A stretch of 64,000 nucleotides of DNA, from NCBI GenBank assembly GCA_030390025.1, contig CM059432.1, positions 115,756,001-115,820,000 on the forward strand, read 5' to 3'. The translations under genes were made by a program, and so were the position numbers. The notes under the pieces are model-generated. The model saw nothing but the letters and a program-made list of their open reading frames with translations, was not told the DNA's origin and did not search any database. Shown here in pieces: positions 12,111 through 23,650 of the stretch (its first letter is position 1; the number at the start of each line of letters is the position of its first letter). This DNA is from Squalus acanthias (lineage: Eukaryota).

Positions 12111-13325
12111 GATAGAAACATAGGAGCAGGAGTAGGCCATTTGGCCCTTCGAGCCTGCTCTGCCATTCAATATCATGGCTGATCCTCTATCCCAATACCA
12201 TATTCCTGCTCTCTCCCCATACCCCTTGATGCCTTTTGTGTCTAGAAATCTATCTATCTCTTAAATATATTCAGTGACTTGGCCTCCACAGCCTTCTGTG
12301 GTAGAGAATTCCACAGGTTCACCACCCTCTGAGTGAAGAAATTTCTCCTCATCTCAGTCCTAAATGTCCTACCCCGTATCCTGAGACTGTGACCCCTCGT
12401 TCTAGACCCCCCAGCCAGGGGAAACATCCTCCCTGCATCCAGTCCGTCTAGCCCGGTCAAAATTTTATACGTTTCAATGAGATCCCCTCTCATTCTTCTA
12501 AACTATAGTGAATAAAGGCCTAGTCGACCCAATCTCTCCTCATACGACAGTCCTGCCATCCCAGGAATCAGTCTGGTGAACCTTCGCTGCACTCCCTCTA
12601 TGGCAAGTATATCCTTTCTTAGGTAAGGAGACCAAAACTGCACACAGTACTCCAGATGTGGTCTTACCAAGGCCCTGTATAACTGTAGTAAGACATCCTT
12701 GCTCCTGTACTCAAATCATCTTGCAATGAAGGCCAACATACCATTTGCCTTCCTAACTGCTTGCTGCACCTGCATGTTTGCTTTCAGTGACTGGTGTACA
12801 AGGACACCCAGGTCCCTTTGTACATCAACATTTTCCAATCTATCACCATTTAAATAATATTCTACCTTTCTGTTTTTCCTACCAAAGTGGATAACTTCAC
12901 ATTTATCCATGTTATACTGCATCTGCCATGTATTTGCCCACTCACTCAACTTGTCTAAATCGCCTTGAAGCCTCTTTGCATCCTCCTCACAACCCCACCT
13001 AGTTTTGTGTCATCAGCAAACTTGGAAATATTACATTTGGTTCCCTCATCCAAATCATTGATATATATTGTGAATAGCTGGGGCCCAAGCACTGATCCCT
13101 GCAGTACCCCACTAGTCACCGCCTGCCACCCCGAAAAAGACCCATTTATTCCTTCTCTCTGTTTTCTGTCCGTTAACCAATTTTCAATCCATGCCAGTAT
13201 ATTACCCCCAATCCCATGTGCTTTAATTTTGCATACTAACCTCTTATGTGGGACTTTATCAAAGGCCTTCTGAAAATCCAAATACACCACATCCACTGGT
13301 TCTCCCATATCTATTCTACCAGTTA
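12111..13325 (-). mobile_element. CR1 LINE, 5'-truncated (RT and tail)
   Basis: [28 protein letters not shown]; tail repeats (ATAGAAACATAG on +). Confidence 0.92.
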
Positions 13326-13555
13326 GATGGATGGAAGAGGGGCAAGGTTGACCCCAGGTTTTCAGATGCCTCCCTGGAGCTGTTGCTGGCAGCAGTCAGG
13401 ACCAGAAGGGAAGTGGTGTTCCTACAAAGTGGCATGATGACAAAGAAAGCCTGGTTGGCAGTGGCAGAGGAAATTAGTTGAGCAATCAATGCATCCCTAG
13501 CATTGCTACCTGGAAGGCATTGTACTGGCTCTTCTTCCTCTGCTTCGTCTTCGCA

Positions 13556-14495
13556 CACCATCTTCAGCTGCTTCATCAATGACCTTCCCTCCAACATAAG
13601 GTCATAAATGGGAATGTTCGCTGATGATTGCACAGTGTTCAGTGCCATTCACAACTCCTCAGATAATGAAGCAGTCCATGCCTGCATGCAACAAGACCTG
13701 GACGACATTCAGGCTTGGGCTGGTAAGTGGCAGGTAACATTCGTGCCATAGAAGTGCCAGGCAATGACCATCTCCAACAAGTGAGAGTCTAAACACCGCC
13801 CCTTGACATTCAATGGCATTGCCATCGCCGAATCCCCAACCATCAACATCCTCGGGGTCACCATTGACCAGAAACTTAACTGGATCAGTCACATAAATAC
13901 TGTGGCAAAAAGTGCAGGTCAGAGGTTAGGTATTCTGCGGCGAGTGTCTCACCTCCTGACTCCCCAAAGCCTTTCTACCATCTACAAGGCACAAGTAAGG
14001 AGTGTGATGGAATACTCTCCACTTGCCTGGATGAGTGCAGCTCCAACAACACTCAAGAAGCTCGACACCATCCAGGACAAAGCAGCCCGCTTGATTGGCA
14101 CCTCCTCTACCACCTTAAACATTCACTCCCTCCACCACCGGCGCACCATGACTGCAGTATGTACCATCTACAAGATGCACTGCAGCACCTCCCAAACCCG
14201 TGACCTCTTCCACCTAGAAGGACAAGGGCAGCAGACGCACGGGAATACCACCACCTCCAAGTTCCCCTCCAAGTCACACACCATCCTGACTTAGAAGTAT
14301 ATCGCCGATCCTTCATTGTCGCTGGGTCAAAATCCTGGAACTCCCTCCCTAACAGCACTGTGGGAGTACCTTCACCACACGGACTGCAGCGGTGCAAGAA
14401 GGCGGCTCACCACCACCTTCTCGAGGGCAATTAGGGACGAGCAATAAATGCTGGCATTGCCAGCGACGCCCACATCCCATAAAAACAAAAAAAAC
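13556..14495 (+). mobile_element. LINE 3' part (second family) inserted in Harbinger transposase
   Basis: MEYSPLAWMSAAPTTLKKLDTIQDKAARLIG; tail GCCAGCGACGCCCACATCCCAT plus A-rich end. Confidence 0.85.
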
Positions 14496-15904
14496 ACCTG
14501 CTCATCAGGGGAGGAGTCTTTTTTGTTTGTCTGCCTCCTGCAACTCCAATCCTTTCTGAATGGCGATGTTGTGTAGGACGCTGCAAACCATTATTATACA
14601 AGAGACTCTGGCCAGAGCATATCGAAGGGAGCCCCTGGATCTATCGAGGCACCTGAAGCGTTGTTTCAGGAGCCGGATACTGAGCTGAAGGACCCTCCGT
14701 GTGCTGGCATGGCTGTCGTTATACCCGATTTGCTCAGGCATGGTGGGGTTGTGAAGAGGGTGCATGAGTCATGGTTGAAGGGGGTCGCTCTTGACCCCGA
14801 GCATCCATGCTCAACTATCCCTGCCAAGTTGGAAAAAGGGCGGGGGGGGAATATTTGACTGCCGCAAGTTTAATAAATAATGGCAGAAGCCAAGGCATCG
14901 GGTACAGACCTGCATGCTGTGGTTGCATACAAACTGCATGTTGATGGGAGTGAAACCCATGGCAGCTCACGAAGGCGCCTGGCTGGTCCAGAGGTGCTCT
15001 GAAGGCAGCACGAGTGCAGTCAATCACACCCTGCACTCAGGGGATGCAAGCCATTGTTGCGAACCCCAAAGGCGCTCTCATTTTGACTATTGTCATCTGC
15101 GAGGAAGGATATGTATTGGCTCGCCCTGGCAATTAGTGGGCAGATGACTACAAAATCTGAGATGTCCCCCTTAGCAGTCTGGAAGGCTCCTGAGGCATAG
15201 AAGTTCATGGCGGTGGCATCCTTCACAGTTACTGTCAGGTCATGGGCCCTTGGTCCAGCAGGAGGCTGCAGAGGTCAGCAACCATCTGCCTAGACAAGTG
15301 CAGCCGCCTCTGGCATTGCTCCTCAGACAGCATCGAGAAAAGTGTCTCTTGGCATGCAAACCCTGATGGGTGGGCAAGACCTTCTGCGAACAGGCCTCTC
15401 ACCTGCTGCCTTCTGAGGTCCGACTGCAGCTCCTGCTGCATGTGGAGGGCTGTGCTGCTGCTGCCCTTCACCATCCAAAAGAGGGCAGCTGGAGCACCAC
15501 CCGTCCTAAGATTTTACTGCCTCTTGAGGACGAGTAACCCGAAGCCAGATAAAATGACAGTCCAAGTATCAGAAATCAACAATTTGTAAAATGCAAGATC
15601 ACTCAAAATCCAACTCGCTACGTTGCATTCAGATGCAACCGATGCAAGTGCCTGCAGGCTATTCAGTTTTCAGCCAATCCAGCCAGGTTTCGCCCAACGG
15701 GCTGGTCGATGGGTCAGACTCGTTTCTTTCCTTTCAAAATACTGTAGGTGTCTTAATTACATCCTAGGAACCTGATTAACATATCATTCACGAGGCTCCC
15801 GCCTGCCTGTAGTGGGAGCCTCGACTGACACGGACGGAGTCAGCAAAGATAACATGGTGCTGGGTGAGAAAGAAGCCATCTCAGGTTGGTAAGCTGACAG
15901 CCCA

Positions 15905-16435
15905 ATTACACAGAATTTATTGCAGAGAAATAGGCCATTCGGCCCAATTGGTCTATACCGGTGTTTATGCTCCACACACTCCTCCTCTCATCCTTCTTCA
16001 CCCAACCCTATTTGCATATCCTTCTATTCCTTTCCCCATCATGTACTTATCTTTTTTCCTTAAAGGCATCTATGCTAGTCGCCTCAACTACTCCCTGTGG
16101 TAGCGAGTTCGTTCCACATTCTAACCACTCTCTCGGTAATGAAGTTTCTCCCGAATTTTTTGTTGGATTTATTAGTGACTATCTTATATTTATGGCCCCT
16201 GATTTAGGACTCTCCCACAAGTGCAAACATCTTCTCTACATCTACCCTATCAAATCCCTTCATAATTTTAAAGACCTCCATCAGGTCACACCTCAGTCTT
16301 CTCTTTTCTGGAGAAAAGAACCCCAGCCTGTTCAATCTGATAGTTATAACCTCTCAAGTTCAGGTATCATCCTTGTAAATCTTTTTTGCACCTTCTCCAG
16401 TGCCTCCATGTCCTTTTTGTAATATGGAGACCAGA
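15905..16435 (-). mobile_element. CR1 LINE 3' fragment
   Basis: CR1 ORF2 C-terminus and 3' UTR similarity to other copies in the window. Confidence 0.8.
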
Positions 16436-17289
16436 ACCCCTCCCATCCACCATTCCCACCTCGTGGGAGGGGGCAGTTAAAAAAAAAATTCGACCCAAAT
16501 GTGTTATATGGGGAGAATTACACTACCTACTTTCCCAATATAATGTTCTGCTTCATAATGTTCTGCTAACTGAACTGAGTCAGAAGGGTGGGAGTTGAAC
16601 TTCAATCCATTGTTTGGGCACATTAACTAGGCCGGAAATGTCTAAAAGGCAGCCCACAAGCTTCTCTGTTCCAACATGTGATGCTCCTGTCCTCTTTGTG
16701 TTCATGAACAAGACTTCAGTCACTTTGAAATTCCTGGACCTGGAGGATTGGAACAAGCTGCTCCTGAGGAGTTGAACCCACCAATCAGGGACAGCCTTTT
16801 CTCGTCCTCTACACTAACTTTGAAAGGGTTGAAACGTCCAAGTTTTCAGACTTTAGGGGAAGGGGAGGATGAGGAGTGCCTCACTTTTTGTATGCACGGG
16901 CACCAGCATCACTGCGTAATCATGTTTGACCTGCACTGGTTTTCATACATGTCTCTGACCGCCACCCCCCCCACCCCTAGCTCAAAGAGAGTGGACATCT
17001 CCGAAATAGATGAAAGTCTAGCTGATGTTAAGCAAATATTGGGTGAGTTTATTCAAAGATTTAGCGCTATTCTGTCTGGAGGTCAGAGCCCTAACCTGGT
17101 TTGTGGGAAGGTCAGTTAAGAGTTCGCAAACAATGTTGCTCCCGAGTTTTCTGTACCAGGAGAGGTTTTCTGCACATTTCAAATGGCTGTCTTTATACTT
17201 TCATAAAAAGTGCAGCACAGAAATTTGCATTAGACTTGTGTAATGTGAAATGCGATAGAAAGAAACACACACACACAAAAGATTTTATA

Positions 17290-18115
17290 AAAGCAAAGTA
17301 CAGCAGATGCTGGAAACCGGAAATAAAAACAGAAAATGCTGGAAACACTCAGCCGTTCAGGCAGCAGCCATGGAGAGAGAGAAACAGAGTTAACGTTTCA
17401 GGTCGATGACCCTTCGTCAGAACTGGGAGAATTTAGAGATGCAACGTCTTTTAAGCAAGTGCAGAGGCAGATGAAAAAGGTTGGGGGGAGGGGGGGGGGG
17501 TGAAGAGAACAAAAGGAAAGGTCTGTGATAGGGTGGAGGACAGTGATTAAATGACAAGGCAAAAGGGGTTGGTAATGGGACAAGTAATGATACAAAAGAT
17601 AGATCCAGAGGAGGTATAAATGGTTACAGCAGAACCATTGCCAACACCTGCTGTCTGAGAAAATTGGAGCGGTGGTTATGACCTAAAGTTGTTGAACTCA
17701 ACGCCGAGTCTGGAAGGCTGTAAAATGCCTAATCGAAAGATGGGGTCCTGTTCCTCGAGCTTGTGTTTTACTTCATTGCAACAGTGCAGGAGGCCGAGGA
17801 CAGAGTGGGAGTGGGATGGGGATTTCAAGTGGCAGGCGAGCAGAAGCTCAGGGTCACGTTTGCAGACTGAACAAAGGTGTTGCGCCTTTGGACGTTTTAC
17901 TATGTTAAATGCGCTAAATAAATACGCCGCTGTCATCAGCAAAGCAAACAACAAATTTGCATTTGGTCTCCCCGACATAGAGGAGCCCGTATTGTGAGCA
18001 GCGAACACAGTATATTAAGTTGGAAGTAGAAGTAAATCACCATTTCACCTGGAAGGAGTGTTTGGGGCCCTGGATGGTAGAAAGGGAAAAGAAAGAGCAG
18101 GTGTTGCATCTCCTG
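17290..18115 (-). mobile_element. Penelope-like element 3' part (GIY-YIG remnant and pLTR)
   Basis: ORF 17676-18008 ..KLEEQDPIFRLGILQPSRLGVEFNNFRS; conserved 3' module with hammerhead. Confidence 0.82.
17388..17424 (-). ncRNA. Minimal type-I hammerhead ribozyme motif (intact core)
   Basis: Minus strand reads AGUU-CUGACGA-A-GGGUC-AUC-GACCU-GAAAC-GUU-AACU. Confidence 0.75.
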
Positions 18116-18684
18116 TACCGGCTCTTTGAAAGATCTATCTAATTAGTCCCACTCCCTTGTTCTTTTCCCCCATAGCCCTGCAAATTTTTCCTTTTCAGGT
18201 ATTTATCCAATTCCCTTTTGAAAGTTACTATTGAATCTGCTTCCACCACCCTTTCAGGGAGTGCATTCCAGATCATAACTCGCTGCATAAACAAATTTCT
18301 CATCATCTCACCTCTGGTTCTTTTGCCAATCACCTTAAATCTGTGTCCTCTGGTTACGGACTCTCCTGCCAGTGGAAACAGTTTTTCCCTATTTACTCTA
18401 TCAAAACCCCTCATGATTTTGAATGCCTCTATCAAATCTCCCCTTAACCTTCTCTGCTCGAAGGAGAACAATCCCAGCTTCTCCAGTCTTACCACATAAC
18501 TGAAGTCCCACATCCCTGGTACCATTCTGGTAAATCTTTTCTGCACCCTCTCCAAGGCCTTGACATCCATCCTAAAGTGTGGTGCCCAGAATTGAACACA
18601 ATACTCCAGCTGAGGCCTAACCAGTGTTTTGTAAAGGTTTAGCATAACTTCCTTGCTTTTGTACTCTATGCTTCTGTTTATAGA

Positions 18685-20325
18685 TCCAGACCTTCAAAAC
18701 ATCCTACGCGCTCTCATCCCACGTACTCCCCGCGTGGGAGACTTCTACTGCCTCCCAAAGATACACAAAGCCAACACACCAGGACGTCCTATCGTATCAG
18801 GCAATGGAACCCTGTGTGAGAACCTCTCTGGATACGTCGAGGGCATTCTGAAACCCATCGTACAGGGAACCCCCAGCTTCTGTCGCGACACTACAGACTT
18901 CTTACGGAAACTCAGCACCCACGGACCAGTTGAACCAGGAACACTCCTCGCCACGATGGACGTATCGGCACTCTACACCAGTATCCCCCACGATGACGGC
19001 ATCGCTGCGACAGCCTCAGTACTCAACACCAACAACAGCCAATCTCCAGACGCCATCCTACAACTCATCCGCTTCATCCTTGACCACAATGTCTTCACCT
19101 TCGACAACCATTTTTTTACCCAAACACACGGAACAGCCATGGGGACCAAATTCGCACCCCAATACGCCAACATCTTCATGCACAAGTTCGAGCAAGACTT
19201 CTTCGCTGCACAGGACCTCCAGCCAACGCTGTACACCAGATACATCGACGACATTTTCTTCCTTTGGACCCATGGCGAAGGATCACTGAAAAGACTACAC
19301 GATAACATAAACAAGTTCCATCCCACCATCAAACTCACCATGGACTACTCCTCAGAATCGGTTTCATTCCTGGACACACGAATCTCCATCAAAGACAGAC
19401 ACCTCAGCACTTCACTCTACCGCAAGCCCACGGACAACCTCACGATGCTCCACTTCTCCAGCTTCCACCCTAACCACGTTAAAGAAGCCATCCCCTATGG
19501 ACAAGCCCTGCGAATACACAGGATCTGCTCAGACGAGGAGGAACGCGATGGACACCTACGGACGCTGAAAAACGCCCTCGTAAGAACGGGATATGACGCT
19601 CGACTCATCAATCGACAGTTCCGACGGGCCACAGCGAAAAATCGCATAGACCTCCTCAGAAGGCAAACACGGACACAACCAACAGGGTACCCTACGTCGT
19701 CCAGTACTTCCCCGGAGCGGAGAAACTACGCCATGTTCTTCGCAGCCTTCAACATGTCATCGATGACGACAAACACCTCGCTAAGGCCATCCCCACGCCT
19801 CCACTACTTGCCTTCAAACAGCCGCCTAACCTCAGAAGTACCATAGTTCGCAGCAAATTACCCAGCTTTCAGGATAACAGCGACCACGACACCACACAAC
19901 CCTGCCACGGCAAACTCTGCAAGACATGCCAGATCATCAACACAGATACCACCATCACACGTGAGGACACTACCCACCAGGTACATGGTACATACTCAGG
20001 TGACTCGGCCAACGTTGTCTACCTCATACGTTGCAGGAAAGAATGCACCGCGGCATGGTACATCGGCGAGACCATGCAGACACTGAGACAACGTATGAAC
20101 AAGCACCGCGCAACAATCACCAGGCAGGATTGTTACCTCCCAGTCGGGGAACACTTCAGCAGTCAAGGACATTCAGCCTCGGATCTGCGGGTAAGCGTTC
20201 TCCAAGGCAACCTTAGGAACACACGACAACGCAAAATCATCGAGCAGAAACTGATAGCCAAGTTCCGCACTCATGAAGACGGTCTCAACCGGGATCTTGG
20301 GTTTATGTCACGATACATGACGTGA
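18685..20325 (+). pseudogene. Penelope RT / GIY-YIG endonuclease polyprotein, 5'-truncated, one frameshift near 19670
   Basis: YCLPKIHK..PGRPIVS, DVSALYTSIP, GTAMG..FAPQYANIFM, RYIDD; second frame gives CHGKLCKTC, NVVYLIRC..WYIGETMQTLRQRMNKH..GLNRDLG. Confidence 0.9.
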
Positions 20326-20653
20326 TCCGGACTCGAGTTGTCGTTGGCTTGTTCACAGATGTGATTCCCAGTAAAAAAGTAAAATTTTCCCAGTAAAAAA
20401 GTAAACATTTTACAGCTTATCGTTTTACATACAGACGGCAGCTTTTGACACGTTAGACCCCCTGCAACTCCACCTCATTGTCTCAGTTGTATCTTGCTAT
20501 GTCTTTGATGTGGTACCTTCCTGGCTGACCTGATTAACTTTATCATACCTCGGCAGATAGTCAGGATGATTTAATTTAGTTGTCTGCAATTGTAAGGTAC
20601 ACATGCATTGTTCTCTATCTATATATGCTTGGTCGAGTCTGTATTTCTTTACT

Positions 20654-20695
20654 TCACCTGAGGAAGGGGCGATCGATAGCTCCGAAAGCTTGTGA
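20654..20695 (+). ncRNA. Minimal type-I hammerhead ribozyme motif (AGCU stem-III variant)
   Basis: UCAC-CUGAGGA-A-GGGGC-GAUCGAUA-GCUCC-GAAA-GCUU-GUGA. Confidence 0.72.
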
Positions 20696-20944
20696 TTTCA
20701 AATAAAACTGTTGGACTATAACCTGGTGTTGTGCGACCTCTCAATTTTGTCCACCCCAGTCCAACACCGGCATCTCCGCATCTGTTTATAGAGCCAAAGT
20801 TCCCGATGCTTTTTTGACAGCCTTATCAACTTGTCCTGCCACCTTCAAAGATTTGTGTACATACACGCCCAGGTCTCGCTGTTCATGTACCCCCATTAAA
20901 ATTGCACCATTTAGTTTATATTGCTGCTCCTCAGTCTTCCTTCA

Positions 20945-21080
20945 ACATTGTTGAACTCAGTGTTGAGGCCGAAAAGCTGTCAAGTGCCTAATTGAAAGAT
21001 GAGCTTCATTGGACCAGTGTAGGAGGCCGAGGACTGAGAGGTCAGAGTGGGAGTAGGATGGAGAATTAAAAGTTGCAAGC
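20945..21080 (-). mobile_element. Short Penelope GIY-YIG C-terminal fragment
   Basis: Similar to 17685-17830. Confidence 0.6.
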
Positions 21081-22909
21081 TCCCCTTGTGATCCAATGAT
21101 TGTGATCAGCCCGACGTAACTTCACTGGAAATACTGATGCGTCCAATTAAAAAAGGTAGTACAAGTTAATCTTGATTCAAATTGGGAACAAAAAGTTAAA
21201 CAAGTTTATTCAGATCCAAATGATCTGTTTTTGCTGTTTTCAAATAACAGTTCAAGGGAAATTAATGAAGTGCCAATATTTCAATTTGCACTTTAGGCAA
21301 GATTTGAAATCACAAATGTGGCTTCAGAATTTGAGGAACAAGGTGCTATAGCACTGCAATGGTAAGTATCGGAAGGATTGCTCTACATAGGATCATAGCT
21401 GCTTCCTCATTCTATTTTGTAATTTAGAAAGATTCTGTTCATTCCATTAGCCAGCATACAAAATTAAGAGGCATTTGCATTATCAGGTCACTTTATGGAA
21501 AAGCATCGCCTTTCACGACCTTCCCAAACATATCTCTGCCAATATAATTAAAACTAGTCTGCAATTCAGGCAGTGTTTTCACTGTGTAAACAGAATCCTC
21601 CAATGGAAAATATCTTTCAACAGCAAGACCTGCAGTCCATTCATACCTTTATTACTTATGGGTTTTGTGACCTTCCAAACTTGTGAGTTAATCTTCGTAT
21701 CGCACACTTCCTCGTTATCCTTCATGTATGCCCCCACCCCAGAGTTGTTCCATTAATGATTTCAAAGCACAAATTCACAGACGGCTGGTGGCTGGGGGGC
21801 TGTGGGGAGCGGGTAGCAATTCAAAAGTGGGTAAAAAGTTGTCACTTGAACAGTAGAGATTTCTCCTACGCTCAATAGATTTGTCAGATTAAACCTGAAT
21901 ACCTAAAAGATACTGGTTCCCTGTCTAATAGTGAGAGATCATGCTGCGAAATGTATGCAGGAAGCCTCATCAACGTGTCCTACCCACGAAGTGTCTTACC
22001 CATGCCTCGGAGAAAAAGACGCATCTGATCTTGTTGCACAGCTGATGATTTATACCTTTCTGCACATAGGAATCATAATGAATAAAAGTATTCCAATGTA
22101 GAAGTTTCAAAAAGCCAAAATGAAGATCCGTTTCACACATGAACTTCTATGACATTGGACAGTGTGAAAAACATATGCCACACTTTGCAACCCCCCCGCC
22201 CCGATTGACTTGAGTAAAATGAAGTTTGGCACTAATTCAAATTAGGCGAGGCTCCGACAACAGAGCAACTTAAGAAAATAAAGTTACTTCTTGAATTTTT
22301 GGCATCTTTATATTGAAAGAGGTACACTCATCAGAGTACATGAAAGTTCATACATTGATTTAACAAAGGATCCCACTTAGAAGCTGCCCCAAAGGTACAA
22401 CCATCAGTAAAGTGTTCACTTGCATACTAAATAGACAGGATCTATAAACACAGCTGTTCATAACACTAAACTGAAAATGAGAAAAGAAATTCCATTTCCT
22501 AAAACCAAGCAGGACTAAACCAGTTATCAGTGGATGCAAAGAGGGGACAAAATAAAGAATGCATTAAATAATAATTCCAAACAACCTTGGTGCCCCACAG
22601 TCACCTGGATCTCAACCACGTCACACACCGAGGGTGCTGAAATCACAAGAACAGCCATCTCCTGACTCCAACGGCCCATAACGCAATATTGTCAGCCTTC
22701 TTTGTTTTACCTCCTCTTCCATCTAGTGTCATTGGTGAATATATCTACATTTAAAAAGATCTAACAAAAGGCAGTCATTCTATACTGTGAGCTAATCAAA
22801 CACAGAATACAATATTCAGTCGCAAGCTGCATCACCACGTGGGATGCTAGGCATTGCTTAACTTATTTTTAAAATCAGAGAAAACTTGAGGGGTCATGAT
22901 CCAGGCTTT

Positions 22910-23317
22910 TCTCGATTTCAAAATTCTCATCCTTGTTTTCAAACTTCTCCATGACCTCGCACCTCCCTATCTCTAATCTCCTCCAGCCCCACAACTCCCC
23001 CCGCCACCCCACCCCAAGATATCTGTGCTCCTCAAATTCTGCCCTCTTGAGCATCCCTGATTATAATTGCTCAATGATTGGTGGCCGTGCCTTCTGTTGC
23101 CTCGGCTCCAAGCTCTGGAATTCCCTCCCTAAACCTCTCCGCCTCTCTCTTCAAGATGCTCCTTAAAACCTACCTCTTTGACCAAGCTTTTGGTCATCTG
23201 CCCTAATTTCTCCTTATGTGGCTCGGTGTCAATTTTTTTATCTTATAACACTCCTGTGAAGCGCCTTGGGATGTTTTACTACGTTAAAGGTGCTACATAA
23301 ATACAAGTTGTTGTTGT
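22910..23317 (+). mobile_element. L2 LINE 3' end
   Basis: IGGRAFCCLGSKLWNSLP; tail ATAAATACAAGTTGTTGTTG. Confidence 0.88.
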
Positions 23318-23409
23318 AATGACAGGACAACATAAATATAGGAAAATTATTTAATCTGGATAATGGACGCAGAACAAAACGGCTTAAGTACATAATTAAC
23401 AATCTGCAA

Positions 23410-23650
23410 GTTGCACTTTACTTGGATATGCACTTGAAGTGCCGTAACCTACAGGGCTACAGACCAAGAGCTGGAAAGTGGGATTAGGCTGGATAGCTCT
23501 TTTTCGGCTGGCACAGACACGATGATTCTATGTACATGAAAAAGATTTTCCCATCCACCCAGAGTGGTGGGTGTGGGAGCAGGCTCCTGGAAGCAGCAGC
23601 TGATGCTGGATAACTATCTAATAGAAATGGCATTAAAGGTTTAGGGACAC
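23410..23650 (+). mobile_element. CR1 3' tail fragments
   Basis: Matches 46120-46270 (TACAGGGCTAC..GCTGGAAAGTGGGATTAGGCTGGATAGCTC). Confidence 0.7.

Larger units (their letters stand above)
11890..15890. mobile_element. Decayed Harbinger/PIF transposon (Myb/SANT-like ORF2 remnant on +, transposase on -), with nested CR1 and LINE
   Basis: 13330-13480 (+) [34 protein letters not shown]; 14505-15474 (-) MNFYASGAFQ, QGVIDCT, LLKQRFRCLDRSRG; outer limits uncertain. Confidence 0.7.
18685..20780 (+). mobile_element. Penelope-like retroelement, 5'-truncated, young
   Basis: 12-bp TSD TCTGTTTATAGA (18673-18684, 20781-20792); RT plus GIY-YIG coding region; hammerhead in 3' region. Confidence 0.93.
18116..20940 (-). 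mobile_element. CR1 LINE 3' part, split by a Penelope insertion
   Basis: ORF 18139-18645 LVRPQLEYCVQFWAPH; CR1 sequence resumes at 20793. Confidence 0.88.
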
